A stretch of 63,988 nucleotides of DNA, filler included, from Barthelona sp. PAP020 (taxonomy: Eukaryota): NCBI GenBank assembly GCA_040182905.1. It is 3 parts of 3 records of this genome, joined end to end, with 100 filler letters (N's around TTAATTAATTAA, not from the genome) between each part and the next. Parts side by side here need not be neighbours in the genome. Positions count along the whole stretch, not along the records: positions 1 to 24,091 come from JARQWU010000161.1; 2 more parts are not named here. One strand, written 5' to 3'. The translations under genes and the position numbers were made by a program. Below the pieces are notes generated by a model, which had not been told where the DNA came from, did not search any database, and saw nothing but the letters and a program-made list of their open reading frames with translations. Shown here piece by piece: positions 10,845-19,745 of the stretch (position 1 is the stretch's first letter; each line of letters opens with the position of its first letter).

Positions 10845-12971
10845 ATGTTTCGTTATGAAGAAATTGATCTGTTTCGGGAGAATTTTGAAAATTATCAATC
10901 AAAAGAAGGATGGATATTGGACCGAAAGTTTGAGAAGTCTTATGATTTTGCGAATGATATTCAAATCAATAATATTGCGTTTGAAGAAATGGAAATAATT
11001 GATAATAACTTTTTCATAAACGGTTTTAATGATTGTTTTATTTGTAAACATTTGGATAAGATTGTTATTGTCAAAAAATTGAATGAAAATGTGTCAAATC
11101 TTGATTTATTATTAGAAGTATTTCCTGCAATGTTTGATCATCCTTCTATTTCTAAAATTTATGGAATTACACAGATTGATGGAGTATCATTTATTGTAAT
11201 GGAATATTTTGAATGCACATTAGAGGATAGAATTCATGAGCTTGGATTTTTAGAAAAAATTGAAATTTTACTCCAAATTTCATCTGCTTTGAATTATTGT
11301 CATAACAGAGGTATTATACATGGTTTTATCAATCCTCGCAATATTTTATTGAAGAAAAAGTCAGGCAAATATCAAGTGGGTTTGATTTCTTTTAAACATT
11401 TGTTATTTATTGATAAATTTCAAGATTGTTTTAATATTTCGCAATTTAAGGCACTTCCTTACGTATATTACATGTCAAACCGTGTTTTTTTGAGTTTTGA
11501 TTATTTTAAGGATGAGGATTGTAATACTTTTGAGATTTTTGAAGAAGAATTTGATATTTGGGCATTTTCTACATTATTTATTCAGGTTATTAGCGGTAAA
11601 AAACCATTTTTTGGGAAATCCGCGATAGAAACGTTAAACTTGATAAAAAGTGGTTGTTTACCATTTGAAAATGATTTAATTGAAGCAATATCTGGGTTTG
11701 AAATAATTACACGCTGTTTTTCAAAGAATTTGAATGAAAAACCGTCATTTTTAATGATTAGCCTATTTTTGGGAATGTTATTAAAGAGATTTGAGAATTT
11801 AGTGTATGCAGATTTCAAACGTGATGATGTTATTTGCAGATTAACTGATGAATTGACTGTATTAAAGAAGGAAAATAGTCGTCTAATATTGGGAGAAACT
11901 AAACACAATGGAGACATAGAAATTGATGTAAAGTCTGCTGGTCTTTACTCATTTTCTGCTGAAGATGATTTTTCGATGCATCAGAAACAAGGAGAGAATG
12001 TAACAAATATGATTGATTTGTGGGATGAATCATTGGTAGCCAAAATTGGAAACGACCCAATATTTTACCAAGAATTTCCTGATAGTCATATTCAATCACT
12101 TGATTATTCAAAATGTGGGAAATATTTTGCAGCAGCTGGAGTAGATAAGACTTTACGTGTGTATGATTCTTCGAATCATGAAATTGTTCATGAACAGTGG
12201 TATATCAAAGCTGTTTGTTTAAAGTTTTGTCCTACTGATAATTTTTTGGCAATTGGTGGTATAGATGGTGATGAAGACTTCTATTTTGAAGACAATACAA
12301 ATAGACCTGTTGTATATTTCATCGACACTGTTAATTGGAAGGTGATCAATGTCATTTCTGATTTTGATCAAGTTATTGTTGGAATGACGTTTACATCAGA
12401 TGGTAAGTATATCGCTTTAACGTTAGAGAGTGGTTTTATTGCTTTTTATTTTTCTGATGGAGAGAAACATTATTCGTTTCATCCACATTCAAAAGATGTT
12501 GTTTCTTGTTCTTTTACAAGTGATTCAAAATATTTTGCCACAGTTAGTCATGATGGACATTCAAAGTTCTTCTCATTTGAAGACTTTCAAGAAATTTTTG
12601 ATTGGTCACATGATGATCGGGAGGTTTTTTCAGGGGCTTTTTCTTCCGATGATAATTATTGGGCTACTGGCGATAATGCCGGTATAATAAGAGTCTTCAA
12701 TGTTCAATCTGGGGATTTATTGGGCAAATTTAGTGTGTACAATCAATATTCTAAAACAGTTATTTCATTGTGTTTTTCTCCCAACAGTTCTTTGATATAT
12801 TCATGTTCTAATGATAAGTATATCACTATTATTCGCAGAGACACTGGTGAATCAGTACAAACTATCCTTACACCATCATCTTCATTGTGTCAAATGACTT
12901 TGAACCATGATGACACTCATTTATTGTGTTGTGGTAATCCATCTGCATTGCATGAATATTGTTTTGAATAA
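10845..12971 (+). CDS. protein-kinase-like (probable pseudokinase) domain fused to WD40 repeats
   Basis: HPSISKIYG, IVMEYF, IIHGFINPRNILL, DIWAF, GKKPF, followed by several WD40 repeats (e.g. FATVSHDGHSKFF). Confidence 0.8.
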   Translation: MFRYEEIDLFRENFENYQSKEGWILDRKFEKSYDFANDIQINNIAFEEMEIIDNNFFINGFNDCFICKHLDKIVIVKKLNENVSNLDLLLEVFPAMFDHPSISKIYGITQIDGVSFIVMEYFECTLEDRIHELGFLEKIEILLQISSALNYCHNRGIIHGFINPRNILLKKKSGKYQVGLISFKHLLFIDKFQDCFNISQFKALPYVYYMSNRVFLSFDYFKDEDCNTFEIFEEEFDIWAFSTLFIQVISGKKPFFGKSAIETLNLIKSGCLPFENDLIEAISGFEIITRCFSKNLNEKPSFLMISLFLGMLLKRFENLVYADFKRDDVICRLTDELTVLKKENSRLILGETKHNGDIEIDVKSAGLYSFSAEDDFSMHQKQGENVTNMIDLWDESLVAKIGNDPIFYQEFPDSHIQSLDYSKCGKYFAAAGVDKTLRVYDSSNHEIVHEQWYIKAVCLKFCPTDNFLAIGGIDGDEDFYFEDNTNRPVVYFIDTVNWKVINVISDFDQVIVGMTFTSDGKYIALTLESGFIAFYFSDGEKHYSFHPHSKDVVSCSFTSDSKYFATVSHDGHSKFFSFEDFQEIFDWSHDDREVFSGAFSSDDNYWATGDNAGIIRVFNVQSGDLLGKFSVYNQYSKTVISLCFSPNSSLIYSCSNDKYITIIRRDTGESVQTILTPSSSLCQMTLNHDDTHLLCCGNPSALHEYCFE

Positions 12972-13029
12972 ATGTTTTGCGTTTAATTTTTGATTGATTG
13001 AGAAGAAAAAAAGAATTTAATACAAACAT

Positions 13030-15063
13030 TTATTCATCCAAATCAAAGGCAGCCTCAAATAATAATTCAGATAACATCTCTAAAGGGTTTTCAGGTCGGA
13101 TTTCAGCGACTTGATACAACTTTTCGGTCAATGTGGACATAACATTGTCAACCAAATATTGTCTGAAAGGTTTTTGCCTTTCTTCAATCATTTCTTTTTC
13201 TTTTTCAACAGCTTTTGCAATCATTTTGCTGACAATCAATTGTCTCTCTGCTGATAATTTTTGGACTTCCATTTTCTCACTTTCAATTTTTCGAAGTTTT
13301 TCTTTCTCTAACAACTGTTCGGCCTTTATCTTTCTTGCTTTTGCTAAGGCGAGTTCTTCATCAGATGGTCCGAAATTGTGAGGTTTGCCCAACTGCTGAG
13401 TTATTATCTTGATCTTTTCATTGAGTGGCAGTGCGTAAGGAACATCAATGATTTGAATGTCACAACCATCAATTAAAGCTGTGTAATTTTGAGGTGCATC
13501 CACGGAATCGCCATCCACATCTAAATTTGGATCAGCAAAAGCTTCTTCTAATTGCTTGACGACTTGATCAAAAACCTTAGAGTTGAAGTCACCGGCGGCC
13601 AAGAATTCTTTATGCTTTACCAATTCTTCAGGTGTTAGAACTAGACGAATTACACATGAAGGAGCAATTTCTTGAGGATTCATTTTGCCCTCTTCATCAA
13701 TAAATTCGAATTCTTCTTCTTCTTCTTCCTCTTCCTCTTCTTCTTCTTCGTCTGCCTGCTCTTCATCATTGTCTTCCTCATCTCTTTCCATCTTTTCTTC
13801 TTCTTCTTCCTCCAAATCTTCCAACTTGTCTTTCTTCACCTTTGGACGACGAGATTGGAGCAGTTCTAACAATTGTTCCTTTGTGACAGGGAATCCATCT
13901 AAGATGTAACCAACATTCCTTTTAGCAGGAATCCAAACTTCCTCATTCAGTGCTTTAATGGCGAGATCTGCTGGAAAAGGCGTGGCGGGATAATTCTTCA
14001 ATGCACTGTTGGCATTTGACGCAAGCTCATCATCTTGACTTAATGTCAGCTTTGTAACACAGTCTTTAACATCAACACATGGCAAAGAGTAATGTTCTGC
14101 CAGTGCATTTGCTAACTCTGTCTTTCCAGTGCCAATTTGCCCAAGAACAACCAATTTCAAAGGTGACAAATTGTTGCTTTCAAAAAACTCATCAATAATC
14201 ATCTTCATGTTGTTCAATATACCACCTTCACAATGCCATTCAATGTCCATATCACCAACAGATCCTCTCTCGAAAAGATTACCCTCTAAATATTGCTCAT
14301 AGCCTCTTGTTTTTAAGAAAAACTCATCATCATCAATAAATTTAACGTCGTTGTTTCCCAAACGCTTGGAAATAGCCTTAACTATCTTCTTCTGTGACAT
14401 TTGGGTATCGTCAAGAGCCAAAATATACTGTAAACCAGGGTCCGTTGTCGCAACACTGTAAACAATAGCGGCAAGATCTTTGACATGAATAGTGTGCCAA
14501 AGATTCTTCCCATTTCCATATATGCTCAATTCCTTTGATTTCCATGCATCAACAAATAAATTTTTCAATTGTCCACCATCATAACCATACAATAAACCAG
14601 AGTTCACAACATGAGCTCTGAGCATTTCCTTTTTGTTCAACCTAATTACATTCTTTTCCAAATTCAATAATTGTAAATACAAAGGATGTGGTCTTCTTCT
14701 TTTAAAATCTTCTTCAGTAATAGAACTATCTTCAATAGAGGGAGTACGAATCCAGCTCATTGTATTTGAAATAGCAATGAAGACCTTTTCCTCAACTAAC
14801 TGTTCACTTGATAAAATATTGATAGCCTGAAACACACTATCATCTTGATTGGAAATTTCCCAAATAATAACATCACAACTCAACATTTTGTTTGATAATT
14901 CTATACTATTATTTGCAGAAGCAATATCAACAATCAAATTGCTTGAATTCTTGTTGTTGTTATGATCAACAACAACCAATTTTGGTTTTTCTTCTTCCGT
15001 TGAAAAATATTTGATTAATGCTTTTCCAACATATGTATCAGGATTGTACAGAAAGATACGCAT
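13030..15063 (-). CDS. AK7: adenylate kinase 7-like (epimerase-like N-domain, AK domain, C-terminal DPY-30)
   Basis: FKRRRPHP, GLLYG, TIHVKDLA, P-loop GQIGTGKT, GYILDGFP, GKPHNFG, PFRQYL...RPENPLEML. Confidence 0.88.
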   Translation of the reverse strand: MRIFLYNPDTYVGKALIKYFSTEEEKPKLVVVDHNNNKNSSNLIVDIASANNSIELSNKMLSCDVIIWEISNQDDSVFQAINILSSEQLVEEKVFIAISNTMSWIRTPSIEDSSITEEDFKRRRPHPLYLQLLNLEKNVIRLNKKEMLRAHVVNSGLLYGYDGGQLKNLFVDAWKSKELSIYGNGKNLWHTIHVKDLAAIVYSVATTDPGLQYILALDDTQMSQKKIVKAISKRLGNNDVKFIDDDEFFLKTRGYEQYLEGNLFERGSVGDMDIEWHCEGGILNNMKMIIDEFFESNNLSPLKLVVLGQIGTGKTELANALAEHYSLPCVDVKDCVTKLTLSQDDELASNANSALKNYPATPFPADLAIKALNEEVWIPAKRNVGYILDGFPVTKEQLLELLQSRRPKVKKDKLEDLEEEEEEKMERDEEDNDEEQADEEEEEEEEEEEEEFEFIDEEGKMNPQEIAPSCVIRLVLTPEELVKHKEFLAAGDFNSKVFDQVVKQLEEAFADPNLDVDGDSVDAPQNYTALIDGCDIQIIDVPYALPLNEKIKIITQQLGKPHNFGPSDEELALAKARKIKAEQLLEKEKLRKIESEKMEVQKLSAERQLIVSKMIAKAVEKEKEMIEERQKPFRQYLVDNVMSTLTEKLYQVAEIRPENPLEMLSELLFEAAFDLDE

Positions 15064-15202
15064 TTTTAATATAAAGAAAAAAGAGAATTTGAATTTTTTT
15101 ATTTTGCCAAATTCACACAAAAGCAAAATAAGAAAACAAAAATTGTTATACATATTTATAAAACCAACAAAAAAACAAAAAAAAAAACCTCAAATTACTC
15201 AA

Positions 15203-16882
15203 TTAAAACAAAGAATCATCAAAAGAAGGTTTAAATAACCCTTCATGAATTCTTGAATCCAGTTCATTATCCATTTCTCCATTATTTAATGTTGAAATGG
15301 ATAATTGATTGATTTTTGAAGTTAATTCTTTGTTTTTCTCAAATAACAATGAATCTTTTTCATCAAAATCTTTATTTAAACGATGTTTAGCGTTTGTTAA
15401 TTCATCTGTAATAGATTGAAGTTTTTCGCAATATTTATCTAATTTTCTTCTTGATTCAATGATTTTTGACTCACGTTCTTTTAAATCTTTTTGTACTTTA
15501 TTTTTTTCGTGTAAGAATTCAATTTTTTCGAACTCCAACTTGTCTGTAGCGATTTTCAAATCCTTAAGATTTTTAGCAAGCGTTTGCTTTTCAATTTCCA
15601 AATCATTGGTCTCTTTAGCTAACATTTCTTTCAATTCTTCGAAATTATCGATTTGTCCAGCAATTTCTTCAACTTCTTTTTCAAACTTGTCAGTTTTTAG
15701 CCCAAATTTTTGCTTTTCAATTTCAAAATCATTTTTCAACTTTGTTAACTGCATGTATGAATGACTATGTTGTTCGTCTATTTCGTTAATCTTTGTTTTG
15801 ACATTTTCATACCACATACTCATTCCTTCAGCAACATTATTGAGTTCTACTTCACGTTGATCTAATTTTTCTTTAAGTATTTGGTTATTGTTTTTAAATT
15901 GAACTTCTTTAAGATGCATATTGTTTAAATGGGTTTCCATTTTCAACAATTCTTCCTTCTTGTTGGATAATTCCATTTTAAATTTCTCCAATTCAATAAA
16001 TTCATTTTCTTTTTGTATTATACTGTTTTCTCTAGCGACTAATGAATTATTTAATTCGATCAAATTTTTTTTCTCAAAATTTTGCTCTTTTTTTTCTTCG
16101 TTAAGTCTAATTTCAAGTTCATTGATTCGTTCTTGCTGAATATTTAACAAAAATTCGTTTTCTTTCAATTTGGCTTTTTCTTTCAACAAATTATCATTAT
16201 TTCTTTGATATTCTTTGTTTTTTTCCAAAAAATCACTTTCATTTTCCTTTAATCTATTTTCATATTCGATCAAAATCTTTTCTTTTTGCTGAATATCCTT
16301 TTCCTTTTGTTTCAAACGCATCAAGGTGTAATTACTTTCTGTAACTTGTTCATTTATCTTTAGTTCATTCTTCTTGATCCAATCTTCCTTCAATAGAATT
16401 TCATTTGAAAGGCTCTCTCTTTCATTCAATTTCTTTTCAAATGACACTAATTCTTTTTCCTTTGTTGCAAGCAAATTTTCTTTATTTTCTAAATCTTTAA
16501 TGATTAAAAATAATTCGGACTTCTGACGTTTGATTTCATCAAAACTTGTATCATTTTCATTCTTCAACTGAACCAATCGAAATTCTTCATCTTTAATTCT
16601 TCTAGTTTCTTTTAATACATATGTTTCCTTTTTATTCAATTCATTTAAACGTTGAAGTTCAAATTGTTGTTTCTCAATATAAATATTGGAAGGTAAATTT
16701 ATGTTATCTTTCAGTTGTTTCATATCTTTGATTTCAATGTGGATTTTATCTATATTTTTCAAATCATTCATCAAATTTGATTCTTTTTCCTTTTTTGAAG
16801 GATTTTTTATTGATATATGAAGATTTTCAATATCTTTAATAACATCTTCAAATAATATATCTGGATTTTCATTCGTTGTCAT
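15203..16882 (-). CDS. long coiled-coil protein
   Basis: 559-aa E/K/L-rich heptad ORF. Confidence 0.75.
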   Translation of the reverse strand: MTTNENPDILFEDVIKDIENLHISIKNPSKKEKESNLMNDLKNIDKIHIEIKDMKQLKDNINLPSNIYIEKQQFELQRLNELNKKETYVLKETRRIKDEEFRLVQLKNENDTSFDEIKRQKSELFLIIKDLENKENLLATKEKELVSFEKKLNERESLSNEILLKEDWIKKNELKINEQVTESNYTLMRLKQKEKDIQQKEKILIEYENRLKENESDFLEKNKEYQRNNDNLLKEKAKLKENEFLLNIQQERINELEIRLNEEKKEQNFEKKNLIELNNSLVARENSIIQKENEFIELEKFKMELSNKKEELLKMETHLNNMHLKEVQFKNNNQILKEKLDQREVELNNVAEGMSMWYENVKTKINEIDEQHSHSYMQLTKLKNDFEIEKQKFGLKTDKFEKEVEEIAGQIDNFEELKEMLAKETNDLEIEKQTLAKNLKDLKIATDKLEFEKIEFLHEKNKVQKDLKERESKIIESRRKLDKYCEKLQSITDELTNAKHRLNKDFDEKDSLLFEKNKELTSKINQLSISTLNNGEMDNELDSRIHEGLFKPSFDDSLF

Positions 16883-16977
16883 AAATATCTAAAGCATAAA
16901 AAGTATCAAAAATTAAAAAAGGACAAACAAACAAATCCATTCTTTTTTCTTTTGAATTCATTATTTTTAACGTATTT

Positions 16978-17361
16978 ATGGGTTCATATTTTGATAATCC
17001 TTCACAAACATTGGGAAATATAGTTTGTGGAATCCTGTTACCAACTTTAATATTGTTTTTGATATGGGTTTTAGTAGTGCCAATCATACCGCCCAACAAG
17101 TTATTTGATTTATTGCCAGATAGTATGATTCCAGTTCGTATTAGTCTTTTGTCAATGATGGCATTTATTTCTTTTGTTATTTTATTACTGGGTTTGTTTT
17201 TATTTATTGAGAGTTACAATTATTTATTTCCTTCAAATGCTGACATCACAGAATTTCCTTCTATTCAAGATATATCTTCTTCAAAAGATTCTGAGTCAAT
17301 TGAAGAATTCGGTGAAATTATTGATACTGAATCAGAATCTGAATATGATGAATATAGTTGA
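16978..17361 (+). CDS. DPM2-like dolichol-phosphate-mannose synthase regulatory subunit
   Basis: Two TM helices with IWVLVVPII...LLP pattern typical of DPM2; acidic C-terminal extension. Confidence 0.5.
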   Translation: MGSYFDNPSQTLGNIVCGILLPTLILFLIWVLVVPIIPPNKLFDLLPDSMIPVRISLLSMMAFISFVILLLGLFLFIESYNYLFPSNADITEFPSIQDISSSKDSESIEEFGEIIDTESESEYDEYS

Positions 17362-17691
17362 ATTTTTTTTGTGAAGAGTTTGCTTTTTGTTTTTTATGCT
17401 CATGTATAAATTGTTTGTACACAAATCTTTGGCGCCTTATGTTGAATAAATCTCGGTTCTTTTTTTTGTGTGTGTATTTTGTTGACTAGATTTGTGTTTT
17501 GAAGTCTTTTCCTTATTTATGAGTTAAATTATCTTTTACAATTGATAAATAATGGCTATTCAATGTTTCTTTTGAAAAAACTTCCATCAATCATCAAAGG
17601 AATGATGATTTATCTTCACAAAGTTATGAATTTTTTTTGAAAGTTTAAGAAAAAAGTTCAGATCCATTTTTTTCTCAAAGCAATTTGGGAA

Positions 17692-17791
17692 AGGTTCAAA
17701 TGAGGCTATGATGCGTGTTCTTTATCTGATTTTTGAAGAAATACACAGACCCCACTTGTTACGATAGTGTATGTCAAGAAGCTGAGCCTCA
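17692..17791 (+). ncRNA. box C/D snoRNA, U13/snR45-like
   Basis: Terminal stem TGAGGC(17701-06)/GCCTCA(17786-91), C-like ATGATG(17708-13), D CTGA(17782-85), 18S-antisense CTTGTTACGA(17755-64) looped out by ATACAC/GTGTAT stem. Confidence 0.65.
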
Positions 17792-17914
17792 ATTTAAATA
17801 ATTTCAATCATAATGTTTAAACAGTTTATTGTACAATAAAAATTACATGGGATAATAAATAAACAAAAATTTCTTTGCTGTTGAATTTTTGTGTGTTTTG
17901 TTTCCCATGAAAGA

Positions 17915-19348
17915 ATGAATTTTGATACTGATGATGATTGTATTATTATTGATGATTCACCCAATGAACGATTCAACGATATAAATCGACAGGTTGATTT
18001 AACCAATGGTAAAATGAAACGTGCACCTTTAATCACTCAAAATTTTGTTACTAATGATATATTATCAATCAAGCGACCAAGTAAATTGAGAACATCAAAA
18101 ATTTCATCACAAGTATCAAGGCTTGAAAAATTTCAATCAGAGCCACCAAAGTTTACCCAACCAACATTACGAGAAAATAATAATTTTTTTGCCATTGCAT
18201 TACCCTCATTTGAAGAAATTTTTTCTCTTGACAAAGAGAGTTTTGAAAAGGTTGAAAGCATCGAAAGTAATTTTCCAGATCTGAATACTGAAGAAGAGTG
18301 TAAAGAATCAATTTTAAAAAATTCTCCCTCTATGTTTTCAACACCACCAAATGACATTTTTGAACGAAATGAAAATAGAAATGTTGATTCTTTTAAGAAT
18401 CCGTTAACTTTTCAAAGTCCATCCAAAGGAACTCCAGCAGAAGAGGAATATCGAGAGCGACAAAGAAAAATTGGGAAAAATGTTGATTGTGTGCGAGTTG
18501 AAATATTTTATTCCAATCCTGATCTTTGCGGGTTATCAGCAAAGCAGATAAAAATTCTAAAAGAGTTTCATGAAGTTATTTGTGAAAGTTTAAATGCAAA
18601 AGATATTGATTTTTTGGTCAATGATTCTTGTTATCCTACTTTGAAGGATCATTGTATACAAACAATGGTTTTTTCTTATCGGTTAGAAGGGTTACAGTGT
18701 TTAGGTAAAGCAAAAAGACAAATGTTTGCTTCAGAAAAATTTTGTATTTTTTTTATTCTTCCTTCTTTTATTGATCATTTTATCAATAATTTTACTTTTT
18801 TAAATGATGAAATTATAGATTCAATAATTATTTCTCCAGGATTATTAACATTCACAAAAAAACAAGTTGGTTTGAATAGTTCTCATGTTAATATTTCATA
18901 TTATGAACAATTGCAAGTATTAGCAATGTCAAAAGGTTATATTCTCATTCCTACAAAAAATACATTTGATGCTTCAAAGTTCTTCATGAATTTTACGGTC
19001 AATTATGCTCAAAAACCTTTCAGAGCAAATTTTGATGATATGAAAGAATTTGAAGGATTTTTAGTAGATAGAATGTATAAAAAAAAAGAATTGAAAGATT
19101 TATGTGCTCAAAATGCTGCTGATGAAGGTCTAACAGGTTTTTTGTTAAATCAAAGGTTTTTTTCCAAAGAGTTTGTTCAATTTATTACAAATAAATTTCC
19201 TTCATTTGTGAGTTTGTGGAATTTTATTCAAAGGCATGATCAGTGTTCAACAATGGATATCGAAAACTTTTTTGGCAAAAAATATGGCAAACAATCATTA
19301 AAACTCTTCCAATTTTTCTTAGCTGAAAAAGGAAACGAGTCATTGTGA
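17915..19348 (+). CDS. EME1/Mms4-like crossover-junction endonuclease subunit
   Basis: Disordered N-terminus; C-terminal FFMNFTVNYAQKPFR, ITNKFPSFVSL and GKQSLKLFQFF resemble EME1 ERCC4/HhH segments. Confidence 0.55.
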   Translation: MNFDTDDDCIIIDDSPNERFNDINRQVDLTNGKMKRAPLITQNFVTNDILSIKRPSKLRTSKISSQVSRLEKFQSEPPKFTQPTLRENNNFFAIALPSFEEIFSLDKESFEKVESIESNFPDLNTEEECKESILKNSPSMFSTPPNDIFERNENRNVDSFKNPLTFQSPSKGTPAEEEYRERQRKIGKNVDCVRVEIFYSNPDLCGLSAKQIKILKEFHEVICESLNAKDIDFLVNDSCYPTLKDHCIQTMVFSYRLEGLQCLGKAKRQMFASEKFCIFFILPSFIDHFINNFTFLNDEIIDSIIISPGLLTFTKKQVGLNSSHVNISYYEQLQVLAMSKGYILIPTKNTFDASKFFMNFTVNYAQKPFRANFDDMKEFEGFLVDRMYKKKELKDLCAQNAADEGLTGFLLNQRFFSKEFVQFITNKFPSFVSLWNFIQRHDQCSTMDIENFFGKKYGKQSLKLFQFFLAEKGNESL

Positions 19349-19429
19349 ACACAAAAATAAAATAGAATTAAAAAACAAAAAAATTAATAAAACATTCTAT
19401 CATTCATGTATCAACTGTCATTATTTTGA

Positions 19430-19702
19430 TTAATTGTATATGATTTCTAAATTTGTTCCTTCATGTATCTCATAATCATCCAAAGTTAGAAAATCTTGTA
19501 AAAATCTTCCATCTTTTTGAATTCTAAATCTATCATATCTTGTTCCTAAACGTCTTGAAGCCAATTTCTTGAGGTCTTCAATTGTATCATCAGTACTATC
19601 AAAAAGTTAGTAAATAAGGTAAATTTCTCAAAAAATATACTCAACTTTGACTTTAACTGATCTTCCAACAGGATCAGATATTTTGATAGTGATTAACGTC
19701 AT
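19430..19702 (-). CDS. UBL5: ubiquitin-like protein Hub1/UBL5, two exons (19702-19641, 19595-19430), 75 aa
   Basis: Spliced translation MTLITIKISDPVGRSVKVKVDTDDTIEDLKKLASRRLGTRYDRFRIQKDGRFLQDFLTLDDYEIHEGTNLEIIYN; absent from the ORF track. Confidence 0.93.
19596..19640 (-). other. 45-nt spliceosomal intron in UBL5
   Basis: GTATAT...TACTAAC TTTTTGATAG; contains an in-frame TGA, so removal is required. Confidence 0.9.
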
Positions 19703-19745
19703 AAAAATGAAATTCTATTATTTTTCCTTCATTTTTTTTCTTTGT

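Noticed and set aside
13711..13812. (TTC)n-rich tract in AK7
   Set aside because: Encodes an ordinary poly-Glu linker
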